Positions 1 through 8,018 of a DNA stretch of 50,541 bases are shown here, in pieces. Source of the DNA: a virus (taxonomy: Duplodnaviria; Caudoviricetes); IMG/VR virus record IMGVR_UViG_3300049926_000017, positions 1 to 50,541 of that record; one strand, given 5' to 3'. Position 1 is the stretch's first letter; each line of letters begins with the position of its first letter. Both the position numbers and the translations under genes were made by a program. A model generated the notes under the pieces. It saw nothing but the letters and a program-made list of their open reading frames with translations. It was not told the origin of the DNA and did not search any database.

Positions 1-277
1 ACTGGGTGTTGAACCCGACGCCGACCAACTTGTTGACCTCGATGGGCTTGCCCTCGTTCTCGCCCTCCTGCCAGAGGATGAGCCCGGGAGCCTCGTCGTC
101 GTTGCTCACGACGTAGAAGGTCAGTTCGAGTTTCGGGTCGCCATCGACCTTGTTCTTCGTGAACTTGCCACCGGCGATGGTCTTGGCTTCGGTTCGGACG
201 TAGACGAGGTCATACCCCGCCGACTCGATGTTCTTGGGGGCGTCGGCGCTGCCGGACCCGGCCTGATAAGTGCCCAT
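1..277 (-). CDS. 5' part (duplicate copy) of the SSB-like gene 49046..49552
   Basis: Same reading frame as 49276..49552, truncated by the window edge. Confidence 0.8.
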   Translation of the reverse strand, partial: MGTYQAGSGSADAPKNIESAGYDLVYVRTEAKTIAGGKFTKNKVDGDPKLELTFYVVSNDDEAPGLILWQEGENEGKPIEVNKLVGVGFNTQ

Positions 278-322
278 TCGGACTCCTTCTTCACCCGGTC
301 CATCTGACCGGTGTGTATCCAC

Positions 323-333
323 ATTCTACCACG
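323..333 (-). promoter_or_regulatory. Extended -10 promoter CGTGGTAGAAT for the leftward replication operon (copy at 49598..49608)
   Basis: TGnTAGAAT about 45 bp upstream of the ATG at 277; same GTGG-TAnnnT form seen at other - strand sites. Confidence 0.65.
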
Positions 334-366
334 GGACCCGTCGTGGACCATGACCCGCTACCCGCC

Positions 367-382
367 GACTCGACATCGAGTC
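367..382. promoter_or_regulatory. Palindrome site 1 GACTCGA-CA-TCGAGTC (copy at 49642..49657)
   Basis: 7-2-7 inverted repeat, intergenic, upstream of the leftward promoter. Confidence 0.85.
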
Positions 383-525
383 AGGGGTTTCGACGCCTCG
401 ACGACCACGGTAGGTGCCCCGGGTGGACGCTCGCTCATAGGCTGCGTCGGTCAGGTGGGAGGCTCTGCCGTCGGTCGTTTCGGTGTCTGGTTCCCACCTT
501 ACCACCCGGGTCAAGTCGATCCCTT

Positions 526-657
526 GGTGACGGGTCTGGTGACGGGTTGTGACGGGTATGACGGGTTAGTCGGAAACTCCCTATACGAGAAACAGCCTGA
601 CTACTCTGGGGTAATGCCGTCACCCCCGTCACCTTTGTGCTTGGCAACCCGTCACCC
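526..657. repeat. Iteron-like cluster: 4 direct TGACGGGT plus 3 inverted CCGTCA; putative replication origin
   Basis: TGACGGGT at 528, 540, 550, 559; CCGTCA at 617, 626, 649; A-rich spacer between the two sets. Confidence 0.7.
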
Positions 658-1073
658 TAGCCCTCATTCGTGCCCTGCTGACTTTCAGAAGCACCCCTCG
701 ATTGTGGTCGATGGGACCCATCAGGAGTGGTCGGTCGGTCAGAGGGGTCCCCGGCATGTCCGCCGCCGCCACCGGGCCGCAGAAACCTCCGGGGTACCGG
801 GGTGCCACCGAGACTTTCGCCGATCCGGGCGCGCCACGGTGTGTGGGACAGAGTCCTGTGTGTGGTGTGGCACGAGGATGGTGTTGCATCGAAGCAACAT
901 GTGCTCTCGACCTAGCGGACACACCACCTGCCATGCTGTCCCACTCACCACGTGCAGTACTGAGGCACGGTGAGCAGCACCCTACTGCCACGATCCCCAT
1001 GCTGAACGGGTCAGCACCGGCCAGCCGACCAACGCCCTTCCCACGGGGCGAAGCCCGACGCGAAGGGCGTGCT

Positions 1074-1089
1074 GACTCGATGTCGAGTC
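1074..1089. promoter_or_regulatory. Palindrome site 2 GACTCGA-TG-TCGAGTC (copy at 50337..50352)
   Basis: Identical over 23 bp to the reverse complement of site 1. Confidence 0.85.
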
Positions 1090-1260
1090 GGCGGTGTTCT
1101 CAGTGCGCGCGACACGCGCCCCTTCACCCGCAGTTCTGCGCGCGAAAGGAACGGCGAGCGCACCGGCTTCGCCTCGCAGGCACAACGCGTCACTGAGGCC
1201 GATTGTGGTGAGCAGCAACCGACCGAATGAGTCGGACGAACCCCGAAGGGGAACCACACC

Positions 1261-1740
1261 ATGGCTCGCAAGTCCAACGGTCACCGCCCGATCCTCCCCG
1301 GCCTGTCACGATCCTCTGCCTGCACCAAGACGAAGTCTTGTGGTCGGCTCGAAGGTCACCGCTCGGCATGCCGTCCCACCCTCACCGCCGTCGCCGCCGT
1401 CAAGGCGAGCACTCAGACGGTTGCCTGCCCGACCTGCGGCTCCGTGTCCACCGAAGGTGGCGTCGAGGTTCTGTCCTTCGACCGCTACACCGTCCAGCCC
1501 GAGCGCACTGTCAGGCAGGCACGCCGACCGAAGGTCCAGACCTGCCGTGTCAGCAAGGCTGGTGTCCGGTGCTCTCGTGCCCTCGGCCACAAGCAGGCAG
1601 GCAAGCGCCACGCGTTCAACGGGCTCGTGAGGGTCGTCGCCGAAGCGACCACACCGGACCGCACTCAGACCATCCGCACCAAGCACGCTCGGACTCGTGG
1701 CTACGTCACGTCCAACCGCCCGTCCAGCCGCCTCGCATAG
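1261..1740 (+). CDS. Basic Cys/His-rich first early protein (putative Zn-binding)
   Basis: ATG after purine-rich RBS; C..C..H..C, CPTC and C..C..H..H motifs. Confidence 0.7.
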   Translation: MARKSNGHRPILPGLSRSSACTKTKSCGRLEGHRSACRPTLTAVAAVKASTQTVACPTCGSVSTEGGVEVLSFDRYTVQPERTVRQARRPKVQTCRVSKAGVRCSRALGHKQAGKRHAFNGLVRVVAEATTPDRTQTIRTKHARTRGYVTSNRPSSRLA

Positions 1741-1771
1741 CCTGCCTACAAGGCACGAAGGGAACACCGCA

Positions 1772-1933
1772 ATGGCCTCCATCGAAGACATCCAGCGTGC
1801 CTACATCAAGGCGCAGGCACAGCGCAAGGCCGACGTCGCTGACGGCGGCCGTGGTGACAAGACGCACCATGCTGTCAAGCCTGTCGAGCACACCCTCGGC
1901 AACCGCGTGCCTGCCGACCGCGTGAAGTCGTGA
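1772..1933 (+). CDS. Hypothetical protein (53 aa)
   Basis: RBS GAAGGGA then ATG; phage-like codon usage. Confidence 0.7.
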   Translation: MASIEDIQRAYIKAQAQRKADVADGGRGDKTHHAVKPVEHTLGNRVPADRVKS

Positions 1934-2028
1934 CACGCTGGGAACGGCTGTCGAACGCCATCTTCTGGTGGTGGCAGGCAGTCAGGCACGGACTCGACAA
2001 CCCGTACCCGGACGCGTAATCACACACA

Positions 2029-2066
2029 GGCCGACTCCGTCGGCCCACCGCTTGACAGCCATGAGA
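2029..2066 (+). promoter_or_regulatory. Hairpin + CACCGCTTGACAGCCATGAGA early promoter/operator module
   Basis: Hairpin ggccgactccgtcggcc, then TTGACA at 2052; motif recurs at 3144, 5469, 7316. Confidence 0.65.
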
Positions 2067-2133
2067 CGATGGTTGCCGACCGGTGGAGCGACGGACTTCA
2101 CCGCCGCCGATCTACATGCCCAAGGAGGCACAC

Positions 2134-2796
2134 ATGAAGCCAACCAGCCACACTGACATGGTCAGTAACATCCTCGGCTACTGGGACTCAGCGACCCCAG
2201 TTCAGCGCGAGGCAGGTGCCCGCTGGTACAAGCAGGCAGGTGAGATTGTCACGCTCATCGCCGAGCAGACCGGCATCGAGTCACAGCGCGTGGCCCACTG
2301 CCTGAGCGCGTTGTCGCCTCGAAACCCGTGGCGTTGGAACGTGTTCGACTGCTACTCGTACGCCATGGCGGCGGCCGAAGGCCGGACCATTCCGTCGGCA
2401 ACCACGTTCAAGCGGAACTGGCTGGCAGGCTGGCGTGCCATCACCGGTGAGTCAGCCGTGTGGCTGACCGCTGCACCGAAGGTGAGGGCGTTCGTCTTCG
2501 CCATCCTCGGCGACGAGTCGAGCGTGGTCGTTGACACGTGGGCAATCCGCGTCGCCACCGGCGGGCAGGAGAGCCGCGTCAAGAGCGGTCCGAAGCAGTA
2601 CGGTGAGGTCGCTCACGCCTTCAACATCGCGGCCAACCTGCGTGGCGTGCCTCCGAGCACCATGCAGGCAGTCACATGGCTCGTCGCTCAGACCGAGGGA
2701 CTCGCCACACATCGTCGAGGTCGCCACGACCTCTCATTCAAGGCAGGTACGCCGGAGTTCATCCGGGCAGCCCTGCAGGAAGGAACCGTCGCATGA
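2134..2796 (+). CDS. DUF7178-like protein (predicted HhH glycosylase-like fold)
   Basis: Motifs G..WY, ALSPRNPWRWN, KVRAF..AI, VVVDTWA, MQAVTW; RBS AAGGAGG. Confidence 0.6.
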   Translation: MKPTSHTDMVSNILGYWDSATPVQREAGARWYKQAGEIVTLIAEQTGIESQRVAHCLSALSPRNPWRWNVFDCYSYAMAAAEGRTIPSATTFKRNWLAGWRAITGESAVWLTAAPKVRAFVFAILGDESSVVVDTWAIRVATGGQESRVKSGPKQYGEVAHAFNIAANLRGVPPSTMQAVTWLVAQTEGLATHRRGRHDLSFKAGTPEFIRAALQEGTVA

Positions 2797-3101
2797 ACCG
2801 CATCGACACCGCCCTCAACCTCGTCAAGGCAGCCGAAGGCTGGGCATCCAACGACGACTGGGGGCTCGCCACGATCAGCATTCACACCCTCACCGACCTC
2901 TCCCGCGCCCTCGAAGCCGGGGACAGTCCCGCCTGCCTCCGTGACCATGGCGATCACACCAAGCCTCAATGCGAGAAGCGCGGCTGTGCCCGTCTCATCC
3001 CTGCCTTCATCAGGCAGGAGGCCGAGAACCACGCCTCGTTCGAGGCTCTCTACAACAGCCCGGAGCGGGTCGCCGCTCGCAAGGCACACTACGGGCGCTG
3101 A
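2793..3101 (+). CDS. Hypothetical protein
   Basis: ATGA coupling to the previous gene, RBS AAGGAA. Confidence 0.75.
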   Translation: MNRIDTALNLVKAAEGWASNDDWGLATISIHTLTDLSRALEAGDSPACLRDHGDHTKPQCEKRGCARLIPAFIRQEAENHASFEALYNSPERVAARKAHYGR

Positions 3102-3123
3102 CGTCCAGCGCGTATCCCGTGCG

Positions 3124-3177
3124 GCCCCTTCGGGGCTCACCGCTTGACAGCCATCCCCCGGGATGAGACGCTGTCAA
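3124..3177 (+). promoter_or_regulatory. UUCG hairpin + CACCGCTTGACAGCC...GCTGTCAA module
   Basis: gccccttcggggc hairpin; TTGACAGC at 3144 with inverted GCTGTCAA downstream. Confidence 0.65.
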
Positions 3178-3218
3178 CCGGCGAGCCGCTAATGGCTCGG
3201 GATAGCAGGAGGTCCGTC

Positions 3219-3614
3219 ATGGATCGCATCGTTCTTCGGCAGGCACAGGAAGTGCTTGCCCGCACCGTGAACGCCGGTGGCTGCACGTTCGACGCTCGAA
3301 CCCTCTTGGTTCAGACGTGGTCGGGTGGCTACGCCGTCGGGCTCGGGGGCGCCAACCTGCCTGCAGAGGCAGTCACAGCCGAGGCTCTCGTCTGGCTCGC
3401 CAAGGCCGTTGCCAGCGAGTACGAGACGACCTTCGTGGGCACGTGGCTCCACGACGGCAAGGTCAGCATCGACGCTGTCAAGTACTTCGGGGCTCATGCC
3501 CGCGAGGACGCCATTCAGGCAGGCATCGACGCCGGACAGCAGGCCATCTTCGACTTCGCCGCTGGCGAGGACATCACTCTCCCCGCATGGGGCACGGAGG
3601 CACACGACCGATGA
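3219..3614 (+). CDS. Conserved phage protein, possibly SAM lyase-like fold
   Basis: GGCTF..GYAV..GTW..SIDAV..QQAIFD; RBS AGGAGG. Function call is weak. Confidence 0.55.
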   Translation: MDRIVLRQAQEVLARTVNAGGCTFDARTLLVQTWSGGYAVGLGGANLPAEAVTAEALVWLAKAVASEYETTFVGTWLHDGKVSIDAVKYFGAHAREDAIQAGIDAGQQAIFDFAAGEDITLPAWGTEAHDR

Positions 3615-4060
3615 GGCTTCGCGACGAACTCGGCAGGTTCCGTGCTCGCTCGGGACGCACAAATCCCGTGCCTACCAAGGCACCCAAGGACCTCGACCCG
3701 CTCGGCGCGGACATCCTCAGCGACCCGTCGTGCTGGATCGCCCCGAACGGCGACATCTACTTCGTGAACGACAACGGGGGCAGCCACTCGGCCACCTGCC
3801 GCCGCATCACGGACTCGAACGACGGCATGATGTCGCTCGAAGCCAAGAACTGGCTGCACGTCTCGTTCACCAGCATCTACGAGGGCTACGACAGCGACCG
3901 TGGCCGCAGGCACTCTCCGACACAGGCACAGGTCGATGCCATCTTCGACCTCGCCTCATCGGCCGACAAGTACCACACCGCCCATGAACTGAAGACCACG
4001 AACTACGTGACCACCCGTTTCAACGCGTGGATTGCGGCCCTGCAGGAGAACCCGTCATGA
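3611..4060 (+). CDS. Hypothetical protein
   Basis: ATGA coupling; WIAPNGDIY..H motif. Confidence 0.75.
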   Translation: MRLRDELGRFRARSGRTNPVPTKAPKDLDPLGADILSDPSCWIAPNGDIYFVNDNGGSHSATCRRITDSNDGMMSLEAKNWLHVSFTSIYEGYDSDRGRRHSPTQAQVDAIFDLASSADKYHTAHELKTTNYVTTRFNAWIAALQENPS

Positions 4061-4428
4061 ACGTCAGCATCCATGCCCGAGCCCAGTTGCTCGGCCGAAT
4101 GCCTGCCCCCGAGGCGGTCACCATCATCGCTGAACTCGAAGCCGCCAAGATCGGCGACAAGTCAGAGGCCCGCATCATCCGCCGGTACGGCGAGCAGCGG
4201 TCCGACGGTCAGTCCAACGGCGAGGTCCTCGTCGCCATCATCGAGAAGGGCACCGTGGTCACCTGCTACTGGCGCCGAGGCACTCAGACCTTCACGGCTG
4301 AGGGCTTCCGGGTCAGCAGGCTCCGCGACTTCACCCGCACCGACGAGGAGCAGGCACAGTTCGACGCCATCGCGTCGGCCAACGACCTGAACCGGCTCGC
4401 CAAGGCGTGGGGAGCACGACGCTCATGA
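4057..4428 (+). CDS. DUF4258/RelE-like small protein
   Basis: N-terminal SIHARAQ..R and later VVTCY; RBS AGGAG. Confidence 0.5.
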   Translation: MNVSIHARAQLLGRMPAPEAVTIIAELEAAKIGDKSEARIIRRYGEQRSDGQSNGEVLVAIIEKGTVVTCYWRRGTQTFTAEGFRVSRLRDFTRTDEEQAQFDAIASANDLNRLAKAWGARRS

Positions 4429-4637
4429 CGCTGGGCATCAACCCGCTCCCGCAGCGGTGGCTGCACATCTGTCAGGACTGCTGGCAGGCACAGAACCCGG
4501 ACCAGTATTGCCCGGACCTCAACATCATCGACACCTGCAACTGGTGTAGTCAGGAGGCCGTTCTCGTGATCGGCGTCCGCTCCGTCAAGTTCATCGCCGA
4601 CGAGTTCACCCCGCCACCTGCGAAGGAGCAGTCATGA
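4425..4637 (+). CDS. Small Zn-finger protein
   Basis: CQDC...CNWC; ATGA coupling. Confidence 0.65.
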   Translation: MTLGINPLPQRWLHICQDCWQAQNPDQYCPDLNIIDTCNWCSQEAVLVIGVRSVKFIADEFTPPPAKEQS

Positions 4638-4933
4638 GCATGGTCTTCACCAACGAGCCGACGGAACTCAGCGCCACCGGCGTCGAGTTCTTTCAGGCAG
4701 CGGCACGGGCATCGGCCCTGTCGCTCGAACTGCACGGCATGCACCGTCGCGGCCAGAGTGCCTACAGCATCTGCAAGCAGGTGTACGGGTTCAAGGGCAC
4801 CCGCGAGAAGGTCCACGCCCTCATGGAGCGCCTGACCGAGGGGCTCATCGCCGAGAAGCAGGGCGCCGCCGACGAGGCGACCCTGAAGTTCATCCGTGCC
4901 GCCATGGCACACAGCAAGGGAGGCGCGAAGTGA
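4634..4933 (+). CDS. Hypothetical protein
   Basis: RBS AAGGAG; ATGA coupling. Confidence 0.75.
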   Translation: MSMVFTNEPTELSATGVEFFQAAARASALSLELHGMHRRGQSAYSICKQVYGFKGTREKVHALMERLTEGLIAEKQGAADEATLKFIRAAMAHSKGGAK

Positions 4934-5439
4934 AGCGCATCGCAGTCATCACCGGCGAGTCCGTCTGGCTCGTCACCACCGACGACGACGGCCTGTCGGG
5001 CAACGTCGAGGCTCGCGCCTCGTTCGGGTTCCATATGCCGAACGAGCACAACTACTTCGGTCCCATCCTGACCGGACCTGACGGGCTCAACCTCCGTGAG
5101 GGCACCCGTCTCGTGTTCCGGTGTCAGTGCGCAGCCAGCCACGTCGGCTGGGGCGGCGACGGCATCGTGACCAGCGGCGCCATCGTTCGGGTCATCAACA
5201 CTCAGGACGTGCCCGTGCCTGAGCCCGAGAACCTGTACGACGCGGCAGGCAATCAGGTCGGTCAGAGCATCGTGTTCAACCCCTCGTGGAACTGGCTCGC
5301 ACCGTTCGTCGGTTCGGCCCAAGCCATGGCCGACTTCCGACAGTGCTTCGAGGTCGCCGACCTCCTCGTCACTCTGAAGGACATGGGGCGCGTCACCGAC
5401 GCGGACATCGTCGCAGCATCCAAGCGCCTCCGGGGGTAA
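4930..5439 (+). CDS. Hypothetical protein
   Basis: RBS GGGAGG; GTGA coupling. Confidence 0.75.
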   Translation: MKRIAVITGESVWLVTTDDDGLSGNVEARASFGFHMPNEHNYFGPILTGPDGLNLREGTRLVFRCQCAASHVGWGGDGIVTSGAIVRVINTQDVPVPEPENLYDAAGNQVGQSIVFNPSWNWLAPFVGSAQAMADFRQCFEVADLLVTLKDMGRVTDADIVAASKRLRG

Positions 5440-5448
5440 TCCCGCGCG

Positions 5449-5492
5449 GCGACTTCGTCGCACACCACTTGACAGCCGTGAGAGGCTGTCGA
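5449..5492 (+). promoter_or_regulatory. UUCG hairpin + CACCACTTGACAGCC-GTGAGA-GGCTGTC module
   Basis: gcgacttcgtcgc hairpin; TTGACA at 5469; GACAGCC/GGCTGTC inverted repeat. Confidence 0.65.
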
Positions 5493-5541
5493 TAGGCCCG
5501 GAACCTGAACCGAGGCCACATGCTCGAAAGGAGCACCATCC

Positions 5542-5700
5542 ATGGCTCGTACGCCGAAGACCACCGTCCCCGTCATCACCGACCCGTTCCGCGCCACCGG
5601 TGCGGACCTGAAGGCCGCCGCTGCCGCTGGCAACGAGGTCGCCATCGCCGAGGTTGCCCGCCGGGCCGCCAAGAAGTCCGCCTCGACGGCGACCGCGTAA
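5542..5700 (+). CDS. Small Ala-rich protein MARTPKTTVP...(52 aa), below the ORF-track cutoff
   Basis: RBS AAAGGAG, ATG at 5542, TAA overlapping the next ATG. Confidence 0.8.
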   Translation: MARTPKTTVPVITDPFRATGADLKAAAAAGNEVAIAEVARRAAKKSASTATA

Positions 5701-6068
5701 TGCGGCCGGGTCAGGTCATCGCCATCGACGTGCTGACTCGGCACGTCGTCACGTCCTCGGGCAAGTGTGAGGACAGCGCCAACCCGCTGACTCAGAACTG
5801 CATCATGGCCGACGCGCTGCGGGACCGGTTCCCGGGCTCGACGAACATGGACGTGGGCACGGGTTCGGCGACGTTCAACCTCGCTGACGGCACGTACGTC
5901 GTGCTCAACCACGACAGCGCCATGCAGTCGGCCATCAACCGGTTCGACGACGTCATCGAGAACCTGCGGTACCGCAAGGTGTCTCTGAAGGACGCCATTC
6001 GGGCCATTCGGGCGAGCATCCCCCGGGTCGTCCACGCCACCGTCTCAGTCGTCGGCGACGACTACTGA
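5700..6068 (+). CDS. Hypothetical protein
   Basis: TAATG coupling; starts MRPGQVIAID. Confidence 0.75.
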   Translation: MRPGQVIAIDVLTRHVVTSSGKCEDSANPLTQNCIMADALRDRFPGSTNMDVGTGSATFNLADGTYVVLNHDSAMQSAINRFDDVIENLRYRKVSLKDAIRAIRASIPRVVHATVSVVGDDY

Positions 6069-6109
6069 GCATTGCCCTTCGGGGCGATCTGTAGCACAGG
6101 AGCACGAAC

Positions 6110-6364
6110 ATGTACACAGCAGCCACCGTCCGCACCTATGCGGCCCAACTCGGCGTTGACGTCGAGGTCAACACCCACGACAGCGGCCAGACGTGGACGC
6201 TCGAAGTCCTTCGGGGCGAGGCGAGCGGCTACACCGGGCCGTTCACCATCCGTGCCTCATACGAATGGGGCGAAGAGGACCGGCACTTTGCCCGGCTCAA
6301 CGAGTGGCTCAACGGCGTGCCGTGGCCCTCAGAAGACGACCCCCGGGTCGCAGGAGAGTACTAG
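6110..6364 (+). CDS. Hypothetical protein
   Basis: UUCG hairpin near 6074, then RBS CAGGAG. Confidence 0.75.
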   Translation: MYTAATVRTYAAQLGVDVEVNTHDSGQTWTLEVLRGEASGYTGPFTIRASYEWGEEDRHFARLNEWLNGVPWPSEDDPRVAGEY

Positions 6365-6366
6365 CC

Positions 6367-6639
6367 GTGGCGAAACTCAGCATGGGTAAGACCCGCAAGG
6401 TCGAAGAGCCCTACCTCATCATCACCGACCCCCGCATGCCGGGCTGGGAGTGGCGCGTCCTTCAGGCGCACACCGCTGACCCGGACAAGCAGTACGCCGC
6501 GTGGTTCTGCTCCGTGTCCTCGCCCTACACCTTCGGTGGGGCAGACATGGGCGACACCTACATCGCCGACGTCGGCAGCGTTATCGCGTTCCGCGACCCG
6601 GTCGTGCTCGACGCCGACCTGCCCGTGAGACTCCGGTGA
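6367..6639 (+). CDS. Conserved phage hypothetical protein
   Basis: WEWRVL..YAAWFC.V.SP..GD motif; RBS AGGAG. Confidence 0.7.
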   Translation: MAKLSMGKTRKVEEPYLIITDPRMPGWEWRVLQAHTADPDKQYAAWFCSVSSPYTFGGADMGDTYIADVGSVIAFRDPVVLDADLPVRLR

Positions 6640-6977
6640 CCGTGACGACTATCGTCATCCTGAGAACGGGGCTCATCAGCGAGCCCGAACTGGCTGGCAT
6701 GGCTGCGCGTATCCGCGAAACGTGGAACGCGAGCATCGACGCTCAGTTCGAGGTCGGCCGAGTGCTCGCTCAGGCGCGTCTGGCGTTCCCGAGCGACACA
6801 CTCTACGGACAGTGGCTCCGTCGCGAAGAGTTCCCATTCAGTCAGGCCACCGCGCACCGTCTCAGGTACGCCGGTGCAAACGAGCGCGCCGTGCGAAAGT
6901 ACATGAGGGCCAACGCGACCAAGCGTGGCTGGTCGGTGACCACGACTGTCAAGCAAATGTGTCGTAGAGTCGCCTGA
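6636..6977 (+). CDS. DUF3102-like DNA-binding protein, paralog A
   Basis: FEVGRVLAQARLAFPSDTLYGQWL..EFPFSQATAHRL matches the DUF3102 pattern. Confidence 0.7.
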   Translation: MTVTTIVILRTGLISEPELAGMAARIRETWNASIDAQFEVGRVLAQARLAFPSDTLYGQWLRREEFPFSQATAHRLRYAGANERAVRKYMRANATKRGWSVTTTVKQMCRRVA

Positions 6978-7319
6978 GTGGGTCTACACCTTCGAGGGCA
7001 GGACGAGGCCCGTCTGCGTGGTACGCAGGCGGGCGGTGCTGCTCAGAAGATCGCCCGGCTCAACAGCCGGGTCTGTGACTGGTGCGGCGTATCGCTCGCC
7101 GGTCGAGCACCCCGGGCGAAGTCGTGCTCCCGTGAGCATCGGCACCTAGCCTACATGGCAGCGAGGCTGGCGAAGAGGCGTGACGCACATCCCTTCTGCC
7201 CGATCTGCGGCGATCCGCTCCCCGACCGACGCGGCAACGGCCAGCGGTGGAGGACGACCTGCAGCAAGAAGTGCTCGAACATCCGCTGGCGATGGTTCGG
7301 GCGAATGAACAGGGGTTGA
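6978..7319 (+). CDS. Double Zn-finger protein (CxxC...CSxxC/H)
   Basis: CDWC..SCSREH and CPIC..TCSKKC. Confidence 0.65.
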   Translation: MGLHLRGQDEARLRGTQAGGAAQKIARLNSRVCDWCGVSLAGRAPRAKSCSREHRHLAYMAARLAKRRDAHPFCPICGDPLPDRRGNGQRWRTTCSKKCSNIRWRWFGRMNRG

Positions 7320-7330
7320 CAGCCATGAGA
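7316..7330 (+). promoter_or_regulatory. TTGACAGCCATGAGA module upstream of DUF3102 paralog B
   Basis: Identical over 15 bp to 2052..2066. Confidence 0.65.
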
Positions 7331-7374
7331 GCATGGGGGATAGGCAACCAATGCCACATCACAGGAGGTCCATC

Positions 7375-8016
7375 GTGACCAAGAAAGCCACCCCGACCGA
7401 AGCCATCGAGGGCGAGGTCATCACCGCTGACGAGGCGCCGACCGACGCCGAGGTCGTGTCGGAAGCCACCGATGTTGCCGTCGTGGACAACTCGAAGGCT
7501 CTCAACGCCATCGCGAGGCGCATTCGCACCGCGACGGGCAAGGGACACGACGCTCTGTTCTCCATCGGCCACGCGCTGAACGAGGCCCGTGCCCTCATTC
7601 CGGGTGACCGCGAGTTCGGTGCTTGGGTCGCGTCTCAGGAGTTCGCCTTCAGCCGCCAGACGGCGTATCGTCTGCAGCAGGCCGCGCTCCGTGAGCCCGA
7701 GGTCCGCCAGTTCATCGCTGACTCGACGTCGAGTCGGGACATCAGCCCTCAGACCGCCGTCGAGTACATGACCAAGCAGGCCGCTCTCGACTCCGGCGAA
7801 GAGGCCAGCGACGAAGAGAAGGCCACCGGCAAGCGGGTCCGCGACCTCATCGCCGAGGACAACGCAGAGCCCGCGAGCGCGTATCCCGCGTTCAAGGCCG
7901 CGCTCGAAGCCCTGAACCTTCAGGTCCTGACCGTCGAGGAACTGACGGACCTCGCTGGCGACATCCAGTCGCTGGCGGTCGCCTACAAGGCCGAGAAGAC
8001 GCGCCGTTCGGCCTAG
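7375..8016 (+). CDS. DUF3102-like DNA-binding protein, paralog B (contains the palindrome)
   Basis: FSIGHALNEARALIPGDREFGAWV..EFAFSRQTAYRL; RBS AGGAGG; C-terminal helical region. Confidence 0.75.
   Translation: MTKKATPTEAIEGEVITADEAPTDAEVVSEATDVAVVDNSKALNAIARRIRTATGKGHDALFSIGHALNEARALIPGDREFGAWVASQEFAFSRQTAYRLQQAALREPEVRQFIADSTSSRDISPQTAVEYMTKQAALDSGEEASDEEKATGKRVRDLIAEDNAEPASAYPAFKAALEALNLQVLTVEELTDLAGDIQSLAVAYKAEKTRRSA
7720..7735. promoter_or_regulatory. Palindrome site 3 GACTCGA-CG-TCGAGTC inside the DUF3102-like gene
   Basis: gctgactcgacgtcgagtcgg encodes ADSTSSR shortly after the domain. Confidence 0.8.
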
Positions 8017-8018
8017 CG

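Larger units (their letters stand above)
1..1278 (+). repeat. Left copy of terminal overlap (imperfect direct repeat of 49276..50541)
   Basis: actgggtgttgaaccc at 1 and 49276; atggctcgcaagtccaac ends at 1278 and 50541; net 12-bp length difference plus substitutions. Confidence 0.95.

Noticed and set aside
311-1196. ORFs 311..973, 702..1196 and 629..1000
   Set aside because: No RBS, atypical codons, they overlap the iterons, and the frames are altered by indels in the second copy
1-1278. Physical direct terminal repeat
   Set aside because: The boundary cuts a gene and the copies differ by haplotype-like changes, so an assembly overlap is more likely
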